Below are positions 56,790 to 64,000 of a stretch of 64,000 nucleotides of DNA, in pieces. Where the stretch lies: NCBI GenBank assembly GCA_964247055.1, contig OZ176050.1, positions 8,866,001 through 8,930,000 of the forward strand. The letters are read 5' to 3'. The notes beneath the pieces were generated by a model. It had not been told where the DNA came from. It made no database searches and saw only the letters and a list, made by a program, of their open reading frames with translations. The position numbers and the translations under genes are program-made. The first letter of the stretch is position 1. Each line of letters begins with the position of its first letter. The stretch comes from Paragordius varius (Eukaryota; Animalia; Nematomorpha).

Positions 56790-57806
56790 GATCATGATTT
56801 TATTTAAAAATCTGTAAAAACTACCGTTTAATTTATATATCCACTACCATATTTTGTATTCTTTTAACGCAATTTGCATCCTTACGCATTTGATTAAATT
56901 TTTTAATGATACTTCTGAAATAATATGGTTAATTAATAAGGTTTTTAAATAAATTTTGGAATTAATGTCACTGAACGTTAAATAAATCTTACTATAAAAA
57001 GTATACCTCTCTGGAAATGAATTAAAAAACTTGGATTTATTAAAAAAGCAAAAATAATTGAAAAATGGACCAAATTTTATTTACAATATGAAACTTATCA
57101 ATTATAGTGTGCTTAAATTTTGAATAACCAAACTTATTTAAAAATTTGGTATTTGTAACCTGAGTAGTAACCAAAACGGTTAAGTATATAAAATACCAGA
57201 AAAAATAATTTCTAATGATTTTTTTTAAAAAAACTCTAATATATGGGTAGAATTTTAGGATTTATAGCTTGATACAAATCGAATTTCTTTCTTTTCAAAA
57301 ATGCGATATCTCAATGCATATATTGATTAATATAGTTTAAATTATCATGTAATTTGGCTGGTTTTCTAATAAAATTTACTTGTATCCACATAGAAAAAGC
57401 TGTCTATCACATTTTCATTTATACAGACAGCCAGATGTTTTCTTTTTGTTAAATAAAAATATTTCCTAGGCGGTAAGGGTCGTCCTGTGCGGACAGTGGC
57501 GGTTGGGACCATGCCTGCCACATTCTTTGCTGGATACCTGGATGAATTGTTAAAAAATTAATGCAAAAAAAAATTTAATGCATCAAACCTGAAATTTTAA
57601 TAAGAGCCGTGAAAATAGCTTATAAGAGAAAATTGAGTTATAGCTAAGGTGACCAGATTTTTTGAAGGAAAAAGCGGGACAAATCTGAGAAGGGGGGGGG
57701 GGGGGTCATTGGGGGGTACAACCAAAAATTTTTATACAAAAAATTTATTGTAATATTTATTTATTTTTAACACAAATACATTATAAATATAAAAAAATTT
57801 GTACCT

Positions 57807-58580
57807 TACAGGTTGTTTGTACCTTATTCAATAAATTTAGTGCATGAACAAAGGGTGAAGTGATTTTAATATTCTAGAAAAAAATGCGCTGGGTGATGGT
57901 AGAAGCGGCACAAAAAATATTTTTAACAATTTAGCGAATAATCTTAATCAAAACATTATTGGTAGATACACAACACTATTCAAACAGCTACTGATTTGTT
58001 ACCCCTGGATGTGGAAAATATAGATGTTAAAATGCTTGGATATTGTAGAACTGTTGGTTAGCTCTTTTGCCAGCGATTAAAATATTTATAAAAATGTGAT
58101 CTCCTAGAATCCTATTTTTTATCACAGGACAAAGGTCAAAATTCCAAGTCAAAAAAGGTTAGAAAATAATTTTATACCATAACCTAATCGCAATATTATA
58201 AAGCATCCAGAACAAGGCTCAATGAATAGCCAGAATATAAAAATGTTTTATACAAACAGAAACGATTATTCGGAAGAAAAGACGGTGCACAATGACACTT
58301 TTTATGAAGTCTCATTAAATAAATATATTGAATGAAAACTTATATTATGGACAACAGAAAAAAATACGTAGGATAGAAATGGTTAAAATAATCATTTTTA
58401 AACAAATTATGTTCCATACAATAATATTTTAATTGTAGAATTTGCATTATCTTTACCTAAATTACTGCTATTGAACGCGTTTTTTCACAGTAAATTAAGT
58501 AAGGACAAGGAATCAAATTTAAATGTTGAATAATTTGACAAATTATGAAGACTTATACAATATTTTAAGTAATTTTGTTT
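57807..58580 (+). pseudogene. Internally deleted, inverted copy of the same hAT transposase
   Basis: Plus-strand blocks TACAGGTTGTTTGTACCTTATTCAATAAA, ACTATTCAAACAGCTACTGATTTGTTACCCCTGGATGTGGAAAAT, ATCCTATTTTTTATCACAGGACAAA and CTGCTATTGAACGCGTTTTTTC match, in order, the reverse complement of blocks near 60080, 59620, 59410 and 58805. Confidence 0.8.
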
Positions 58581-58621
58581 ATTTTTTTAACATAAAAACT
58601 TTATAAATATAAGAAAATATT

Positions 58622-60410
58622 TTATTCTTTGGTATATTTTTTGTTTGAGTGAATGCGTTTTAGCAGATTGTCATCATTTTTTAAAATATTGTAGAAGTCT
58701 TCACAAGAATTTGTCAAATACACATAAAACGGCCTTTAAAGGTTCAACATTTAAATCTGATTTTTCTGATATCCACACCTGATTTAATGTGGAAAAAACG
58801 CGCTCAATAGCAGCGTTGGTTCCTGGTAAAGATAGTGAAAATTCCACAATTTTTTAAATATTATTGTATGTAATATAGTTGGCTTCAAAATGATGAAATA
58901 TTTCCAACCATTTCTTTTCTACTGTATATTTTTTTGTCCATAATTTAAGTTTTTCATTATTAATATATCTTTTAACTTAGAATTTTTGGGAACAGATATA
59001 ATAAAATAATTTTTGAACATCGCACCAATTAAATTCTGGTTTTAATGTTATCCAATGAAAATGATCAATTTCATTGAATTGCGTCGTCCAGTCTTCCAAA
59101 TAATCTTTACAGTTTGTATAAAAAATTTTTATATGGTACAGGATATCTTGGCGATTTATTAAGCCTTGTTTTTCTAAATTATTTATATTGCGGATAGTTA
59201 ATGGTATAAAATATTTTCTAACCTTTCTTGACATTGGAATTAGGTTCTAACTTAATTGACTAATTCAATTGCCGAAATTTTATCACCTTCTATCAATTTA
59301 ATATCATTTTGAAAGAGAAAAGCTTGATTATATAGGGACTCTAATCATATTTTTGAAGAATCACTTTCAAAAAACTTTTCCAAAGTTGTAGGACATTTGT
59401 CCTGTGATAAAAAATAGGATTTTAAAGGATCATACATTTTTATAATTATTTTAATAGCTGGCAGAAAAGCTAACCAACGAGTTTTACAATATCCAAGCAT
59501 TTTTTGATATTGAACTTCTGCATTTTCACAGAATTCCTTAAGCGTTTCAACGCGTACCGTGTATATATAAAAAAGATATATATATTAATAACTAAATTTT
59601 CCACATCTAGGGGTAACAAATTAGAGCTGTTTGAATAGCGTTGTGTAAATGCGCTGCACACCCAACGCCAATAATGTTTTGATTAAGATTATCTGTAATT
59701 TATGAAAAATAATTTTTGTTCACCTCCTTGCTTTTCCACCGAAGTTCGTAATGGTATCAGCGCAATATGCGATGATTTTGTCTTTTAAATTATTATTTTC
59801 TAAAATATTCATTATTAAAGTAAAACTTATGTCGGAATTTACACCGGGTAGCGAAATAAAATCTAAAATTTTGATTACTCCAGTTTTTGGATCAAAATAT
59901 CTTATTAAAGTGGGAAATAATTTTGTTTCCTTGTGAGATGCATCAAAGTATAGCGATATGAATTTTCAGTAAATCTTTTTGTATTTCAGAAAATGCATGT
60001 GGCGAAAGGACATTGCATTCAATCGCTTCAGCCTTTGTACGGTCACATGTAAATTTTTTATTGAATAAGGTGCGAATAACCTGTAACAGTCCATAGATCT
60101 AAAGGAATGATTGTGATTAACGGCGTGAAAAGATAACACGCCCTCAGCTAGTGCCAAATTCTTTTCTTCCTCTCCAAAAGGGGTTTTGGAAAAATATCGC
60201 TCATTTTGTAAGATGATGCCCCCATATCTAAACATTTTTTATGTTTCTGTGTTTCCAAATGCTTTGTAATATCATACTTGCCGCCATTGCTAGGGTGAAT
60301 TCCCCCTCGCATATAAGACATTTAACAGATGATTCATTCTTCGTTTTTTTGATAAAAGGAAAATCTTTCATTAATTCATCGTTGAATTTACAACCTCTTT
60401 TTGTGCTCAT
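58622..60410 (-). pseudogene. hAT transposase pseudogene
   Basis: Zinc-finger-like N-terminus (CLICEGEF..GGKYDITKHLETQKHK), LAEGVLSFHAVNHNHSFRSMDC, FTCDRTKAEAI, and C-terminal dimerisation motif LSLPGTNAAIERVFS..RIHSNKKY. Multiple frameshifts. Confidence 0.9.
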
Positions 60411-60427
60411 ATTTATAAACTACTATT

Positions 60428-60830
60428 AGTACAATAAATATTATATTACCTGAATTTTCTGGAATAAACGTGTAAGGTACCGATTTGTGGTATCAATTTG
60501 TCTTTTAAGCTACCGATTTGTGATATTAATTTGGCTTTTTAATAATGTTGGCAAGTAATAAAACTAAAATATTAGTATAATAAATATTATATTACCTTAA
60601 TTTTCTGGAATAAAAGTGTAAGGTACCAATTTGTGGTACCGATTTGTGGTATTAATTTGGCTTTTTGATATGTTAGCAAGCAATAAAACTAAAATATTAG
60701 CATAGTAAATATTATATTACCTTAATTTTCTGAAATAAACGTGCAAGCTACCGATTTGTGGTATTAATTTGACTTTTAATCTAGAGATTTGTGGTATTAA
60801 TTTGGCTTTTTGATAATGATGACAGTAGTA
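60428..60830. repeat. Three imperfect tandem units (~125-145 bp) in the 5' non-coding part of the hAT element
   Basis: Units begin TAG(T/C)A..ATAAATATTATATTACC(T)..AATTTTCTG and each contains two (G)ATTTGTGGTATTAATTTGGCTTTT-like subrepeats. Confidence 0.85.
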
Positions 60831-62643
60831 ATAGGAATCAAAGTGTATAATCATATGATATAAATTCAAAAAAAAAAAAAATATTTTTAATTTAAAAATA
60901 AAAAATTTTAATTTAAAATTGAATAGCTTTTAAAGATACTCATTGATAAAAAATTTAAACGGATAAAAAAATTTATTTGTATTAAAAATTTTTTTATATA
61001 ATCGTGAAAAAGCGGGACATTTTAAAAACGTAGCGGGACGCGGGACAAAGTGTGAAAAAGCGGGACTGTCCCGCCAAAAGCGGGACGTCTGGTCACCTTA
61101 GTTATAGCAAAATAATTAAAAATATGAATTTTGTCGGAAACAGGGGTAAATGGCAGACACAAATATAAAAGTAATATATAACATTCATCACCTATTTTAA
61201 TATGAAATATTTTAAAATTTTTGCAATATAAAATAACAGTTTTCCATTATATCGTTTAAAGGTAACCGTAGTGTTTAGGTGTAAGTAAAAAATTTATATG
61301 TTCGAAAGCGAAAAAGATTTTGAATTTGGATATTATTATATTAAGATAACCAAACCGCCCCATTATTGTTTTCGTTTTCCATGACAGGGTTATTATTCGA
61401 TTATTGCAACAAAGGGTCCTTATGAAACAAAATTTAGCATACATTTAATTTTTTCGACCGAATGTACGAAATTTTAATATGTTTTTAGCTGTAAAGTTAA
61501 AAAAAATTTAAGCATCATGGGGCCCTACCAGCTATCCAATAATTTAATTAAACTTCGGATCGCACAACGAATTTTTTACAAAAATCATATATTGAAATAA
61601 GCAACTGCTATCGATTCTTCAGTGTAAAAAACCATGATAACTTTTTTTGTGGGATAAAAATTCTGAAAATGTGTACTAATTTTTATTCACTTATTAACAA
61701 ATAGTAAGAAAATATATTTTGGTTTAAAACCTTTAGATTTTATCAAGAAAATTTATTTGATATAATGTTCGATTTTTATTTTTGATATGGAACAATCACC
61801 AAAAGTGGAATAGTTTTCTATATAGAAATTTTGTGTTAACTGTAATAATTTTTTTTAAGATTGTCCAAATAATTATTATTTAATTTAAAATGGCAAAAAA
61901 TTCGCCTGCCTAGTTATTGTTGCCAATACTATGTTTAAAAGTCCAAAATATAGAATTTGCATAAAATATGTAAAAAGGTAAATTAAAAAAATAAATGTGT
62001 TTTAGTTTATTAAATGGTCGCTGCGTTTTTCATAAATAACGTAAAATCTGCGGGTTAAGCATTTTTTTAAAAAATAGTGGTTTAAAATATGCAAATCTTG
62101 CACTATAAAAAATCTTCTTCCTTTTATGCATTATAAGCGAATTTTAAATTTGGAATAAAATTTTAAAATTTAATCAATATAAATTAGATGAGAAGTGTTG
62201 AGGCTTAAATACCGTATTTTCCCCTAAACGAACAAAAATAAAAAAAAATCAAAAATTAACTTTATTATACTACGATACAATTCTATACATATATATAATA
62301 AATATCTGACAATGTTCAGCAATTCGTTTGGTTGTATACAAGATTAAAAAGCAAAGGTATAGAAAATATCATCGTGATTTAAACATGATTAATAGATATG
62401 AAATTACCATACTATATAAAAGATATTGGGAAAATATTATAAAAAAGCTATTTAACTAAATCAGAATTATTATGTAAATAAGCTCATAATTATTTCCCAT
62501 AAATACATGTGATGTGCGACACAACATGGATTAAATTATTAATATTATTTTAATGATATAAATATAAAAATGTGTAAGATTGGTAGTACCCTTATAGACA
62601 TATTTAATACAAGTAACGCTTAAAAAGCGTAATATATAAAATG

Positions 62644-62926
62644 TACCATTTACAGTTTAAAATTATCCTCGAACACTTCAATTTCACCCTTATATAAATT
62701 ATGTGTTTAATATTTAAAATTACCTTTATTTTTTAATATTTTTAAAATGTGTAATTCTGTTTAAAATTAATATAATGCTGAAAAAATAATAAAATAGGTC
62801 GTAAAAATATATTTCATATGAATGATGAGTTATATTAGTCCGCATATAATCTATTTTTAGGGTGAATTTGAAATGTTTGAGGGTGAATTTAAATTGTTAA
62901 GGGGTGGATTTGAATTTTAAATGGTA
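62644..62926. mobile_element. Second copy of the foldback MITE at 23336-23630
   Basis: TACCATTTACAG...TTCACCC mirrors GGGTGAATTT...AAATGGTA; shares the internal ATGAGTTATATTAG. Confidence 0.7.
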
Positions 62927-63030
62927 TATCACGGAGTTAAGGAAGAATCGTATGCATGTTATAAATGCCTTCATAATACTCTTCACAAAGTGAGATATCA
63001 GTAACTTTAATGATCATATGTTTGAAGATT

Positions 63031-64000
63031 TTAAATTTTTAGAATTGGCTGACCTTGAGGAAGGAGATGAAACTTCAGAAGCCTAGATATAGAAAAAATA
63101 TTAATAACATTTAAATGACTCGTTATAAAATTAAATAAAATACGTAAATGTGTATAAAAATTATATATATCATTAAATAAAATAATCGGTTCGGCTATAA
63201 AAGCTCCGAGTTTACCCCCATTACCATTTTTGTTAATACCATCTTTAGGGAAAAATTCGCATAGTAAAAAAATTTTAAATTTGGGAATAATGTATAAAAA
63301 AAACTTGCCTACCTTTTCTCCCGAAAATAATTGGAAAGATGGTGCTGGTGCTCCAGCATTTACCGCGAACGCACTTCGAATATTATCATTAATGGGTAAT
63401 GCCTTACCTAGATTCGGTGTTGAAGGGTAGGAGCCAGGATTCAAAAATACTGCTTTATTAATAATGTAATAACATTGTTCGCTAAAGCTCGTTTTATTCA
63501 ACGAATGTTTTATGAAAGATTTTTTAAGCAAAATGCTAGCCAATTTACGTGCTTCTTGTTTTCTTTGAGACGAGGTAAGAGGAGGTAAAACAGGGTTATT
63601 TAATGCTACACATAAAAAGGAGAACATTATTATATAATCTAGATTGAACTATATTTAGAAAAGACAAATATGTCATATTAGTTAAACTTTTAACCATTAT
63701 GAGACTTTTTTGATATATCTTATTATTATAAAATTAGAAAAACTGTAATTTTTTCATAAAATAGACAGTCAATTTACAACATAACAGTTATATTGTATCT
63801 TATATTTCATCAATAATCAAAATATATAAATTTTAAATACTATTGTAAACCTTAAACACCTGCATTTTTCTTTAAAGTTTTATAAACACAAATCTGTAAA
63901 CGAAAGTTAGTGAACGTACATTTATTTTTTGGATTATGTGATAAATTTTCTGTACCAGATCCAATCAACATATTTGGGTGAGATGATGAGTTAGATATGG
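63031..64000 (-). CDS. 3' part of an unidentified protein-coding gene running off the right edge
   Basis: An exon ending at 63920 (SNSSSHPNMLIGSGTENLSHNPKNK) splices in phase 1 across a GT-AG intron (63919-63607) into the 63031-63627 ORF. The true 3' end is uncertain because a further intron is possible near 63310-63245. No family recognised. Confidence 0.5.

Larger units (their letters stand above)
57645..61100 (-). mobile_element. hAT DNA transposon (Blackjack-like), 3456 bp, non-functional
   Basis: Perfect 13-bp TIR TAAGGTGACCAGA / TCTGGTCACCTTA; exact 8-bp TSD GTTATAGC at 57637-57644 and 61101-61108; subterminal GCGGGAC repeats; transposase remnant inside. Confidence 0.95.

Overview
This is an AT-rich animal genomic window (roughly a quarter GC by eye; the Syncrip signature looks protostome or ecdysozoan, but the species cannot be identified from sequence alone). 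I reconstructed spliced gene models by hand. Minus strand: KAT8/MOF acetyltransferase, a secreted antistasin-repeat protein with an S/T/N-rich tail, a BTB-BACK-Kelch protein, a 105-aa secreted orphan missed by the ORF track, an RDH13-like SDR, and the 3' end of an unidentified gene. Plus strand: a ~1750-aa JAKMIP-like coiled-coil protein ending in FN3 and SH3-like domains, Syncrip/hnRNP Q-R, and an apparently intronless secreted histidine acid phosphatase. Mobile DNA includes a 3.46-kb hAT element with perfect TIRs and TSD, a dead transposase and an internal inverted copy of itself, several MITEs, a probable Helitron and a LINE remnant. The most striking signal is nine GT-AG introns of 21-31 nt in four genes. 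Six break the frame and three are in-frame and stop-free, and they coexist with introns of 44 nt to about 4 kb. Three local lesions (a missing ATG, a frameshift and a missing AG acceptor) may be consensus errors. All family assignments rest on remembered motifs; no database search was run.
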